Below, one piece after another: positions 18,025 through 26,512 of a stretch of 35,539 bases of DNA (its first letter is position 1; each line of letters starts with the position of its first letter). Both the position numbers and the translations under genes were made by a program. The stretch comes from an uncultured Candidatus Peribacteria bacterium. Its GTDB lineage: Bacteria > Patescibacteriota > Gracilibacteria > Peribacterales > Peribacteraceae. The stretch lies in assembly GCA_964636635.1 (NCBI GenBank), contig CAZWVP010000004.1, positions 1-35,539 on the forward strand, written 5' to 3'. The notes under the pieces are model-generated. The model was not told the DNA's origin. It was given only the letters and a program-made list of their open reading frames with translations, and made no database searches.

Positions 18025-19068
18025 TTATACCTGCTTTTCCAGCTCCGCACAGCCTTCGAATTCAAAAACACCTTGTGTATGCAAACACAGCTTCTTCATT
18101 TGACACACCACATTCTGCAACGTGCCGACCACACCTGCATGCACTCCGGGATACCCCTCGAGCACAATGCCTTTGGGCTTGCGGCTGAGCGCCCACGCCA
18201 AATGCTCGTTGTACTGATCCGGGGCCACGCTGCCGTCGGCCATGCCCTTCACGTATCCGCCGCTTATTTTCACACGTTCGATGGGCAAACCGTGTGCATG
18301 CAACACGTTGGCGTTTTGCACGGAATGCTGGTCGGGACAGTCGTCGTTGCTGGTGGGTACCATGTCGTTTATCGCCTGCAATTTGCCGATGTTATCATCC
18401 ACGCTGGCGGCAGGAATGCTCTCCAGAAGCTCCAACCCCACCGTACCCGGCTTGGCGTCTGCCTGCTGCAAAATACTCAGCGTGCGCCGCACGAAGTCCG
18501 GGTGCTCCAAGGACTCTTGACCTACGTTCACCGCCATGTGAATGGTTTTGTTCGGGTATCTTTTGCTCATGCGTCCGGAAATATCGGCACCTTGGCGTAA
18601 GCTTATTTCATATAAGGCGCGTTTCAGTCCAGGGTCTTTGTTGAACGCAGCGTAAAATTTGCCCGGACCCGCGAATTGTTCAACGCCGTCCACCACCATC
18701 AAAATGCGCGTGAGCACTTCGGCGCGCACGGTATTCATGCGGACCAGAGACGGCAGCCTATCGGTAAAATCGATGCTGCGTTTCAGGGGACGTTCCAGCT
18801 GCAGCGCCGGTCGCAAACGACCTTCTTCGATGGCAGCGCGGACCTCATCCACCGAAAGCGTATGCGGATACTCTCCGCTCGCCGCCGGATTAATGAGATC
18901 TTTCGCGCGCAAAGAGTAATACTCCAACGCATGACCGTTGAGGAGTTCTCGCGGCGGGTCCACCATGTTCACCCAATTCATCGCCGAACGCAGCTGTGCC
19001 CCCCGTAAAAGAGGAGGTTCGTCGACGGAAACAGGTCCTTCGCTTTCCTTGGTGGTAGGGGTATTCAT
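18025..19068 (-). CDS. Divergent EAL-like domain protein (c-di-GMP phosphodiesterase fold, probably degenerate)
   Basis: An ordered series of EAL-family-like blocks: HMAVNVGQESL (vsvNlS), VGLELLES (lEitE), TSNDDCPDQHS (DDFGtGyS), ERVKISGGYV (lKiDrsfv), IVLEGYPG (AEGVE) and HTQGVFEF (QGy). The eponymous EAL position reads SLV. Confidence 0.45.
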   Translation of the reverse strand: MNTPTTKESEGPVSVDEPPLLRGAQLRSAMNWVNMVDPPRELLNGHALEYYSLRAKDLINPAASGEYPHTLSVDEVRAAIEEGRLRPALQLERPLKRSIDFTDRLPSLVRMNTVRAEVLTRILMVVDGVEQFAGPGKFYAAFNKDPGLKRALYEISLRQGADISGRMSKRYPNKTIHMAVNVGQESLEHPDFVRRTLSILQQADAKPGTVGLELLESIPAASVDDNIGKLQAINDMVPTSNDDCPDQHSVQNANVLHAHGLPIERVKISGGYVKGMADGSVAPDQYNEHLAWALSRKPKGIVLEGYPGVHAGVVGTLQNVVCQMKKLCLHTQGVFEFEGCAELEKQV

Positions 19069-19082
19069 GAACGTTGCCGTAC

Positions 19083-19110
19083 TTTATACGCTTTTTTTGC
19101 AATTTTGCAA
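19083..19110 (-). promoter_or_regulatory. Candidate promoter for the EAL-like gene
   Basis: Read on the minus strand: TTGCAA (19105-19110), 16-nt spacer, TATAAA (19083-19088), 14 nt upstream of ATG 19068. A second TTGCAA lies at 19097-19102. Confidence 0.3.
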
Positions 19111-19124
19111 TGGTCGAGACCCTT

Positions 19125-20327
19125 TTATGGCCGAGCGGCTTCAGAAAGCCAATTATCACGTATTCTTGGCAGTACCAAGAGCAAAGCCGCCATGCCCAAA
19201 CACGAAAACTGCACCGGGAACGGCAACCAATGCGTGGCTCCGAGCAAACCGGCCATAATGGCGTTCAGCAGCAGGCCTGTAAGCGCGGCACCGGACTCCT
19301 GCCAACCGTTGTCGGAGAGCATGTGCAAATAGGCGCTGTCGACCAAGTTGGTGGCGGCACCCATACAAACGCCAATGACGATGGAAAGAATGACAAGCGC
19401 GGTGAACGAGGTGGTGACGAACGGAAATGCCATGACCAACACGGAAAAACTCAACGCGGCGCACCCGAACCACCAGCCTTTGCGTCGCACCAACGCCGTC
19501 AGCGCATTGCCGCCGATGGCACCCATGGCGGAAGCAAGCAACACCAAGGAGCTCGTCGACTCACTGGTGCCGAAACGCTCCTGGGCATACGGAATGGAAA
19601 TGATGCTCACGATGGTGGCGACTGCCCAAATGGTGGCGGAAGCGGAAAGCATGCACCAACCTTTGCGCAAAATGGGCAGCACGTGCCGCGAAATGTCTCG
19701 CAGTGCCTGACGCCCCGACGAACGGTGCTGATACGGCTCGTACTCCAGAAATTGCGCGGTGCCGACGATGCACAAAAGCAGCGCGACAAAGACCCAAAAT
19801 GCCACCGTCCCGTAGTCTTCGTACAGCGTCGTGCTCATGTACGCGCCACCGATGATGCCGAACATCAAGGCCATGGTCGGGACGCCGTTGACCACGGTGT
19901 CACGCAGGCCGGACTTCTGCATTTCTATGCTGATGGCCACCGAACGCACCACGGCGAACACGCCGTAGAAGAGGCCGATGGTCATGCACGTGATGGCGAA
20001 CGCCGGATACGACGCCAAAGCGATGCTGTAGTGCAAAAGCACCAAAGCGATGGCGGCCAGAGCATCGCGCATGACGATGGTGCGAAGGTTCGATACCCGG
20101 CACACCACGCCGCCCAACAGAAATGCCAGCAACCCGCCGATGCTCAAGAAGAGCAACGCCTGTTCCAGCAAATGTCCGCCCGAGCGGCCGAGTTCATCGG
20201 CGGCCAGGTTTTTAATGAGGAATTTGTACCCGCCGAAGAAGATGCTCCAAAAGAGCGTCGTGAGCACGAGCGCATTGAACGTTCTCAGCGCAGAGGGCCG
20301 TAAAGGGCAAAAGTTACGCAGGTGCAT
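19125..20327 (-). CDS. MFS-type transporter (12 TM), LplT-like lysophospholipid transporter by genomic context
   Basis: About 400 aa with about 12 hydrophobic helices. The start overlaps the PPTase stop (TGATG). It lies downstream of an Aas-like gene, as in the E. coli aas-lplT pairing. Confidence 0.8.
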   Translation of the reverse strand: MHLRNFCPLRPSALRTFNALVLTTLFWSIFFGGYKFLIKNLAADELGRSGGHLLEQALLFLSIGGLLAFLLGGVVCRVSNLRTIVMRDALAAIALVLLHYSIALASYPAFAITCMTIGLFYGVFAVVRSVAISIEMQKSGLRDTVVNGVPTMALMFGIIGGAYMSTTLYEDYGTVAFWVFVALLLCIVGTAQFLEYEPYQHRSSGRQALRDISRHVLPILRKGWCMLSASATIWAVATIVSIISIPYAQERFGTSESTSSLVLLASAMGAIGGNALTALVRRKGWWFGCAALSFSVLVMAFPFVTTSFTALVILSIVIGVCMGAATNLVDSAYLHMLSDNGWQESGAALTGLLLNAIMAGLLGATHWLPFPVQFSCLGMAALLLVLPRIRDNWLSEAARP

Positions 20328-20875
20328 CAGGCCAGAGCCAGAACGTACGAGGACTGTTCTTCTACGCCTACAGTGTACTGCTCGCCCCGAAAGCGCAAGT
20401 ACAGCGTGAGACCCTCACGACCGGTCAAACACATGTCCGGCAATCCATCCAGTGTGCAAGAAAGCTTCTTCACCAATGCTTCTTTTGCAGTCCACAAAAC
20501 ATAAAAATTGAACCAATTTTTAGTACGAAGAATCTGCCACTCGGCTTCGGTCCACTGTGCCCAAAGCAAATCGCTGCGTGGAACCGGCACTTCTATGTCT
20601 ATGCCCACTTCCGACTGCGACCAGGCCACCGCTACGAAATTCCCGGCGTGCGACAGAGACCAGTGCTTGCCCGCGCAAGGCTGCGGACTGCCGTCGACAT
20701 TGGAAAGCGGCCACTCTCCCCACTCCTTATAAAGGAGATACCTCCCCACCACGCCCAACGGCGATTTTTCCCCCACGCTCCAAGCAGGAGCGGCTCGTCC
20801 AGCTTCGGCCAGAAGCGCCTCGTCCGGTTCGGCCAGAAGCACATGCGCGCCGTTGCGGAACAATGCGATACTCAT
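20327..20875 (-). CDS. Sfp-type 4'-phosphopantetheinyl transferase
   Basis: Motifs HWSLSHAGNFVAVAWS, VGIDIE and WTAKEALVKK. The ATG at 20875 overlaps the upstream stop (ATGA). The track's longer N-terminus is Arg/Gly-rich and unlikely to be real. Confidence 0.85.
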   Translation of the reverse strand: MSIALFRNGAHVLLAEPDEALLAEAGRAAPAWSVGEKSPLGVVGRYLLYKEWGEWPLSNVDGSPQPCAGKHWSLSHAGNFVAVAWSQSEVGIDIEVPVPRSDLLWAQWTEAEWQILRTKNWFNFYVLWTAKEALVKKLSCTLDGLPDMCLTGREGLTLYLRFRGEQYTVGVEEQSSYVLALA

Positions 20876-23496
20876 ATGAGCTTCTTCAACTGTTTGTAAT
20901 CCACCTTGCCCGTGCCGAGCAGCGGAATGCTTTCCACGCGCCGCACTTCCGCGCACTTCATGAGCGGGGAAAGCCCCGCGGCGAGCAACTGCGCATTGGC
21001 GTCGGCCAAGAGAATGTCGCGACTGGTAAAGAGCACGATGCGCGCGGGGTCCTCCGTGCCCTCCACCGCCAGCACGGCCTCTTCCGGGTCACCGAAGCGC
21101 GCCAGCAGCGCCTGTTCCATGGCGGGCAAACTGATCATCTCGCCGCCGATTTTCAGGAACCGCTTCAAGCGGCCGGTTATGGTGATGACACCGTCAGGAG
21201 ACAAGCGACCCAAATCGCCGGTACGGTAGAACCGCTGCTCGTCCAGCTCCACGAACGGAGACGCTTGGTCGGTACCGAGATACCCTTCGAAGACGCTGGG
21301 CCCCGAAACGAAAAGCATGCCCTCTTCCTCCGAACCCACGGGCTCCAACGTTTGGTGATTGGCCACCGTACAACGCAAACCCGCAATGCACTTCCCCACT
21401 CCGCCCTGCATGCCGCGCGGCGTAATGCTGATGACGGGCGAACATTCCGTAATGCCGTAGCCTTCGAGAATTTGCGCTTCCGGGTGCGCCTTGGCGGCAA
21501 AGGCCTCACGGACTTCCGGCAGGCAAGCTTCCGCACCCGAAACCACGGTACGAAGCGTTGCCAGCTGCTCGGGCGAAGCCGCGCGCAGGAGCATTTTCAG
21601 AAAGGTAGGCGTGGTGGGCAGAAGCGTGGCGCCGGTGTGCGCCAGCATTTTTGCCACGGCGGAGGCATCGGTGGGGTTGGGCGTGTACGCCACCGGCAAA
21701 CCGGTGACGAGCGGCAGCACGGTCGCCACTGTGAAACCGAAACTGTGAAACGGCGGCAGGAAGCTGAGCACACGTTCGTTGCGAGAGACGGGCAGCACAT
21801 CCAGCGTGCCGGCCAAGCAGTGCAAAATGTTTTCTTCGGTGAGCGGCACGCCTTTGGGGTTGGCCTCGCTGCCGGAGGTAAACAGAATGACGGCGTGTTT
21901 CGGCTTGGCGGGCGCGGGCAACCAACGCAGACACTTCGCCACGAGAAGTGCGCGAATTTTTCGCGGCAACGTCGCCTGCTTCATCCAATCTTCCAAACAC
22001 ACGCACTTGGCAAGCAGGTGCGGAGGCAGTTGTTCCTTCACCTGCGGCAGAAACGCCTTGGCGGTGAGAATGAACGGCGCTCCTCCCAATTCGTCACAGT
22101 GCGTCAGTGCCAAAGAGCCCACCGTCCAGTTGAACATGACGGGCGTTTTACCGGCCAGCACGCAAGCGGCAATGAGCAGCGACGTGCCTTGCAGGGCGGG
22201 CAGCATGATGCCCACGCGCTCACCGGGACACTCGCGGCGAATGAGTCCGCCGAGGAGCGCGGCCCGCGTGAGAAACTGTCCGCGCGTAAGCGTGCCGCCG
22301 CGGGCGTCGTAGCAAAACGGCAACGAAGCAGACGCACTCAACGCTTCGACCATCTGCGTACGCAGCGACGAATCGGTGCGCACGCGAATGAAATCTTCGG
22401 CTTGCGGCAACGCGGCGAAACCGCAGGCCGGCAACGTCTCTTCACCCGAAAGCATGCCCTGCGCCAACAAGCACGCATGCCCCACCGTGCGAATGCTCGT
22501 GAGAGGCGCCACGCTCGCCTGCGGAAAGTGAGAACGTATGCGCTGCACCAATTCGGCGAGTGACAGAGAATCCAGGTGCACATCGGTCAGCAAATTCGTC
22601 TGCAGTTCGTACGTGGCGTTCGGCGTGTTCAGCATTTCGGCAATTTGCGCGCACACGTACTCCCTCACTTCCGGTTCCACTTGAGACACATCCACCGGTT
22701 GCGCGCGCTGCCATTCCTTCAAAGAGTATTCGATGCGCTCGGGTAACTCCCTGTGCAGAGGCTTCGAGAACCACGCGTACTTCAAAAACGACACCTGCTC
22801 TTCCCCTTGCGCGTTGAAGTATGCCTCCAAAAACCCGTTGAACTCTTCCAACGAACGGCCGGCATGACGCTTCGCGTCTTCGGTGAGATCTGTAAACGTG
22901 AGGGACACCTCTCGCTTCGGCACAAAGAACACGGCGTTGATGAGCACGTACCACGCGGCTTTGGCGTACGTCCAAAACAAATTGGGCGTGCGGCCCAGCC
23001 AAGCCCGGGACCACATGCTGCCCCACAGTCCGCGAATGCGCACGCACACCACGCGCACGTTCGGCGGCAACTGTCGAACAGTGCGGTACGCCGACTGTTT
23101 GCCGAGAATGACTTCGAACCCCTGCCCGGCGATGTTGCCGGAGGGATACAACAGAACGCTCTTGCCGGAAGCGAGTGCGACGCGAATGGAATCGAACATT
23201 TTTTCGTAATCCGTTTCACCCGCTTGCGCCATGCCGTCGGCGACCGCCACCACCCCCACGAACCGAAACAACGGAGCGAGCAACGGATGTTTTGCGAACG
23301 TTTCGGTGACCACGGGCGCCACCCAACGATGATGCAAAACGTTCGCGCAGAGAATTTGCGGGTCGACCAACGCCTGATGATTGCTCAAGAGAAGTACTGG
23401 TGTACCGTTACGCAATAACGAAATTCCTTCGACTTTCACGCGATAGCGCAAGGAGAGAATCGTGCGAAATGCCAGTGCCAGAGCCATACGCAGCAT
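20872..23496 (-). CDS. Trifunctional Aas-like protein: PlsC-type acyltransferase, acyl/peptidyl carrier domain and acyl-AMP ligase (acyl-ACP synthetase-like)
   Basis: HX4D motif (SNHQALVDP). Carrier signature DVHLDSLSLAELV with the Ser codon at 22567-22569. AMP-binding motifs are ILFTSGSEANPKG, GYGITECSPV, YRTGDLG and GKVDYKQL. With the start at ATG 23496 (MLRMALALAF...), about 40 residues precede the HX4D motif, similar to my recollection of the E. coli Aas N-terminus. The maximal ORF reaches 23640. Confidence 0.88.
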   Translation of the reverse strand: MLRMALALAFRTILSLRYRVKVEGISLLRNGTPVLLLSNHQALVDPQILCANVLHHRWVAPVVTETFAKHPLLAPLFRFVGVVAVADGMAQAGETDYEKMFDSIRVALASGKSVLLYPSGNIAGQGFEVILGKQSAYRTVRQLPPNVRVVCVRIRGLWGSMWSRAWLGRTPNLFWTYAKAAWYVLINAVFFVPKREVSLTFTDLTEDAKRHAGRSLEEFNGFLEAYFNAQGEEQVSFLKYAWFSKPLHRELPERIEYSLKEWQRAQPVDVSQVEPEVREYVCAQIAEMLNTPNATYELQTNLLTDVHLDSLSLAELVQRIRSHFPQASVAPLTSIRTVGHACLLAQGMLSGEETLPACGFAALPQAEDFIRVRTDSSLRTQMVEALSASASLPFCYDARGGTLTRGQFLTRAALLGGLIRRECPGERVGIMLPALQGTSLLIAACVLAGKTPVMFNWTVGSLALTHCDELGGAPFILTAKAFLPQVKEQLPPHLLAKCVCLEDWMKQATLPRKIRALLVAKCLRWLPAPAKPKHAVILFTSGSEANPKGVPLTEENILHCLAGTLDVLPVSRNERVLSFLPPFHSFGFTVATVLPLVTGLPVAYTPNPTDASAVAKMLAHTGATLLPTTPTFLKMLLRAASPEQLATLRTVVSGAEACLPEVREAFAAKAHPEAQILEGYGITECSPVISITPRGMQGGVGKCIAGLRCTVANHQTLEPVGSEEEGMLFVSGPSVFEGYLGTDQASPFVELDEQRFYRTGDLGRLSPDGVITITGRLKRFLKIGGEMISLPAMEQALLARFGDPEEAVLAVEGTEDPARIVLFTSRDILLADANAQLLAAGLSPLMKCAEVRRVESIPLLGTGKVDYKQLKKLI

Positions 23497-23655
23497 CACA
23501 TGCAGTGTACACCCAAGCGAAGAAAAAACCCAAACTCTGTTTTTTCCCAGTACAGAGCGAAAAATCTGTTGCGGCGTTGCGCGAATTATGTCGTCTCTTC
23601 TTGTCTTCCTCGAGAAGAAAAGATACGATGTTGACCACATTTCCCCCCTTCACTC

Positions 23656-23748
23656 ATGGCCGCAAAAAAGCCAGCGAAGAAGAAGGTCGTCAAGAAAGCA
23701 GCACCTAAGAAGAAGGCTGCAAAGAAGACGACCAAGAAGAAGAAATAG
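23656..23748 (+). CDS. Untracked 30-aa Lys/Ala-rich basic peptide (histone H1 tail-like)
   Basis: The sequence from ATG to TAG translates to MAAKKPAKKKVVKKAAPKKKAAKKTTKKKK. AAG-dominated Lys codons fit a GC-rich genome. A hairpin plus T-run terminator begins 23 nt after the stop. No clear SD or promoter was seen. Confidence 0.4.
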   Translation: MAAKKPAKKKVVKKAAPKKKAAKKTTKKKK

Positions 23749-23770
23749 TTTTGTTTCTCTCTAACAATCA

Positions 23771-23796
23771 CCCTCGCCTCGGCGGGGGTTTTTGTT
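23771..23796 (+). terminator. Rho-independent terminator after the Lys-rich small ORF
   Basis: Stem CCCTCGC / GCGGGGG (7 bp including one G-U pair), 4-nt loop, then TTTTTGTT. It sits between convergent genes. Confidence 0.6.
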
Positions 23797-24283
23797 ATGC
23801 GCGCTGCGGCACGTCACACACCTGCGGCACGTGACCGGTCGCTCGCAGAAATTTCTCGACGTCGGCGTGAGGCACGATGATCGTCGCGGTGTTGCGCAAC
23901 GGATGACACTGTATGAACGGTGCCTGCCAAATGCGTTCGTCTATCATCACCTCTACTTTCTTGTCCGCATCGCTGACGAGACCCATGAGCGTCACGGAAC
24001 CGGGCTCCACGCCCAGCAACGCCTGCAATTGCTCCGGCGAAGCAAAGCTGAGTTTGTCCGCCGCAAGCAGCGCACGCAACGCCTTGAGATCCACTCGCTT
24101 CTCGTGCCCGACCACAATGAGAAAAAATCGAACGCCTTTGCCGTCGCGCAGAAACACGTTCTTCGTCCTCGCGCCCGGCATGGGCGGCAGCACATGGGAC
24201 TCCTCGCACGTGAACACCGCCGCGTGCTCCACGTTCTCGTAGGCCACACCCTTCGCCTGCAACCAGGAGAAGATGTCCGTCAT
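23795..24283 (-). CDS. YbaK/ProX-family aminoacyl-tRNA editing (deacylase) domain protein
   Basis: MTDIFSWLQAKGVAYENVEH..., TKNVFLRDGKGVRFFLIVVGHEKRVDLKAL and GVEPGSVTLMGL are typical of prolyl-tRNA synthetase-associated editing domains. The start overlaps the mscS stop (TGATG). Confidence 0.82.
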   Translation of the reverse strand: MTDIFSWLQAKGVAYENVEHAAVFTCEESHVLPPMPGARTKNVFLRDGKGVRFFLIVVGHEKRVDLKALRALLAADKLSFASPEQLQALLGVEPGSVTLMGLVSDADKKVEVMIDERIWQAPFIQCHPLRNTATIIVPHADVEKFLRATGHVPQVCDVPQRA

Positions 24284-25074
24284 CAGCGTACGGGGCGTTT
24301 CACGTCGTGTACGCGCAGTTCGCGGTGAATGCCTTCGAGCAAACCGCCTTGCACCGCGCCGTAGTGTTCGTTTTTCACCCAAGCCGACGCCGTCATGTGC
24401 ACCGAGGAATCGGCAAGCTTGCTTATGCCCACGCTCGGAGCGGGCTGCGGCAAAATGTGCGCCTGCTGAGAAAGCACCGTCCTCACGAGCTCTTTCACGC
24501 GCTCGGCGTCTTCGCCGGCTTCCACGACGAAGTGCACGTCCACGCGGCGGTTCGGGTCGGCGCTGAAGTTGACGATGGAGCCGTTGCTCAACTGGCCGTT
24601 GGGAATGATGATGGTGCGACCGTCATCGGTTTCCAGAATGGTGTTGAAAATTTCGATTTTGCGCACGACGCCGGAAAACCCTTGCGCTTCCACCGCGTCA
24701 CCCACCGCATACGGCTTGAAGAGCAAAATGAGAATGCCGCCCGCCAAATTCGCCAAACTCCCTTGCAATGAAAGTCCGATGGCCAAACCCGCCGCACCCA
24801 GAATGGCGATGAAGGACGTCATTTCCACGCCCACCATGTTGGCGACGGTAATGAGCACCAACGCCTTAAGCGACACGGACACCATGCTTTCCAGGAATCC
24901 CGCCAACGACGCGTCCACGTTCTGCAACTTCAAAGCCTTGTCCACCACGCGCACGGCGGTACGCACCAAGGCGAAGCCCACGTAGAACGTGAGAATGGCC
25001 AACGCCAAGCGCGGGGCGTAGGAAATGAAGAGTTCGACCGCGACGTTCAGGTACTGCTGGAGAGTTTCGGACAT
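24283..25074 (-). CDS. mscS: Small-conductance mechanosensitive channel MscS
   Basis: Three N-terminal TM helices and the signature KPYAVGDAVEAQGFSGVVRKIEIFNTILETDDGRTIIIPNGQLSNGSIVNFS. About 263 aa from ATG 25074. Confidence 0.9.
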   Translation of the reverse strand: MSETLQQYLNVAVELFISYAPRLALAILTFYVGFALVRTAVRVVDKALKLQNVDASLAGFLESMVSVSLKALVLITVANMVGVEMTSFIAILGAAGLAIGLSLQGSLANLAGGILILLFKPYAVGDAVEAQGFSGVVRKIEIFNTILETDDGRTIIIPNGQLSNGSIVNFSADPNRRVDVHFVVEAGEDAERVKELVRTVLSQQAHILPQPAPSVGISKLADSSVHMTASAWVKNEHYGAVQGGLLEGIHRELRVHDVKRPVR

Positions 25075-25108
25075 AGGCAAAAGGAAGGCTGGCGGTATAG
25101 TAGCACCG

Positions 25109-26497
25109 ATGTCCTTCGTGACGCCCACCTTCCTGTTTTTCTTCCTGCCCCTCACGCTGGCCGGGCACACGCTGCTGCCGGCCTTCGCGCGCAACGCCTT
25201 TTTGCTATGCGCCAGCTTGCTTTTCTATGCTTGGGGCGAGCCTCGCCTCTGCTTGTGGCTGCTTGTAAGCATCGGCTTCAATACCGCAGTGTCTCACGCC
25301 ATCGTTCGCTCCCGTTCGCCGAACGTTTGGCTGGGTTTCGGCATTGTGACGAATGTGCTCGTGTTGGCGTATTTCAAATACACCGGGTTCCTGCTTTCCA
25401 CTTTTTCCCTTTCCTTCGCGGGGTTCGAGGTTCCGGCTCTGCCGCTCGGCATTTCGTTCATCACCTTCCATGCCATTTCCCTCCTTATAGACATAGCACG
25501 CAAGCCGGAGGCAGTCCGTCTGGGGGAAGTGGCGCTGTATTTCTGCCTGTTTCCGCAGCTCATCGCCGGACCCATCACCCGTTACCACCAAATCATCGGA
25601 CAAATTCGCGAACGCACGGTTTCGCTGCACGCGATGACGGAAGGCGTGGAACGGTTCATTGTGGGTCTCGCGAAAAAAGTGCTGTTGGCCGACATGCTCG
25701 GGCGCCTGACGGACGCCGCTTTTGCCGCACCGCCCGAACAGCTTTCCACCGCCATGGCTTGGGCGGGGGCGACGGCGTACGCCATGCAAATTTACTTCGA
25801 CTTCAGCGGCTACGCGGACATGGCCGTGGGTTTGGGACAAATGCTCGGGTTCCGTCTGCCGGAAAACTTCCGCCGTCCGTACCACGCCGCTTCCGTCACG
25901 GACTTCTGGCGCCGATGGCACATGTCGCTCACGGCTTGGTTCCGGGATTACGTCTACATTCCGCTCGGCGGCAATCGTTGCGGACTGCCGCGGAACATCC
26001 TGAACATCCTCATCGTGTTCACGCTCTCTGGCATTTGGCACGGCGCCAATTGGACGTTCATTTTGTGGGGGGCTCTGTACGGCGTGTTTCTCTCGCTGGA
26101 AAAAATCGCGAGCGTGCTGTTTGCTGCCCGCGAGCGGCCGCCCCTGCGGTCGCCCGCCTTCCGCTGCGCCGCCCATCTCTACACCTTGCTCGTCATTCTG
26201 TGTTTGTGGGTGCTGTTCCGCAGTCCGTCCGTTGCGTGGGCGACGGGCTACTTGCACAGCATGTTCACCGTTACGACGACGATGGATGTGAAAGGTGCCG
26301 CCGTCTCCTGGATGGTTCTGCCCGTGGCCGCCTGCTTGCTGTTGCCGGGATTTGACGGCGCCTACGCGCGACTCGAGAGTCTGGCGCCGCATGCCGCGCA
26401 TGCCGCGCGCCACGGCGCCATACTGACTTTGTTCCTCGCTTGCTTGATGGTGATTGCGGGTGAAACCTATCGTCCGTTTCTGTATTTCCAATTTTGA
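25109..26497 (+). CDS. MBOAT-family membrane O-acyltransferase (AlgI/DltB/PatA-like)
   Basis: FYAWGEP, GISFITFHAISLLIDI, AGPITRY, YFDFSGYADMAVGLGQMLGFRLPENFRRPY and FWRRWHMSLTAWFRDYVYIPLGGNR (catalytic His context). Confidence 0.92.
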   Translation: MSFVTPTFLFFFLPLTLAGHTLLPAFARNAFLLCASLLFYAWGEPRLCLWLLVSIGFNTAVSHAIVRSRSPNVWLGFGIVTNVLVLAYFKYTGFLLSTFSLSFAGFEVPALPLGISFITFHAISLLIDIARKPEAVRLGEVALYFCLFPQLIAGPITRYHQIIGQIRERTVSLHAMTEGVERFIVGLAKKVLLADMLGRLTDAAFAAPPEQLSTAMAWAGATAYAMQIYFDFSGYADMAVGLGQMLGFRLPENFRRPYHAASVTDFWRRWHMSLTAWFRDYVYIPLGGNRCGLPRNILNILIVFTLSGIWHGANWTFILWGALYGVFLSLEKIASVLFAARERPPLRSPAFRCAAHLYTLLVILCLWVLFRSPSVAWATGYLHSMFTVTTTMDVKGAAVSWMVLPVAACLLLPGFDGAYARLESLAPHAAHAARHGAILTLFLACLMVIAGETYRPFLYFQF

Positions 26498-26512
26498 ACC
26501 GAACGCTTCTTC

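Noticed and set aside
19074-20303. 409-aa plus-strand ORF
   Set aside because: It is antisense to the 12-TM MFS gene. Its translation is a hydrophilic Arg/Gly/His/Asp-rich string with no structure.
20557-22563. 668-aa plus-strand ORF
   Set aside because: It is antisense to the Aas-like gene, whose HX4D, PP-binding and AMP-binding motifs fix the true frame. Its translation is extremely Arg/Gln/His-rich.
23497-23640. 48-codon N-terminal extension of the Aas-like ORF
   Set aside because: Starting at ATG 23496 gives an N-terminus-to-HX4D spacing like my recollection of E. coli Aas and leaves room for divergent promoters. It is not fully excluded, because GAAGGGGGG precedes the ATG at 23640.
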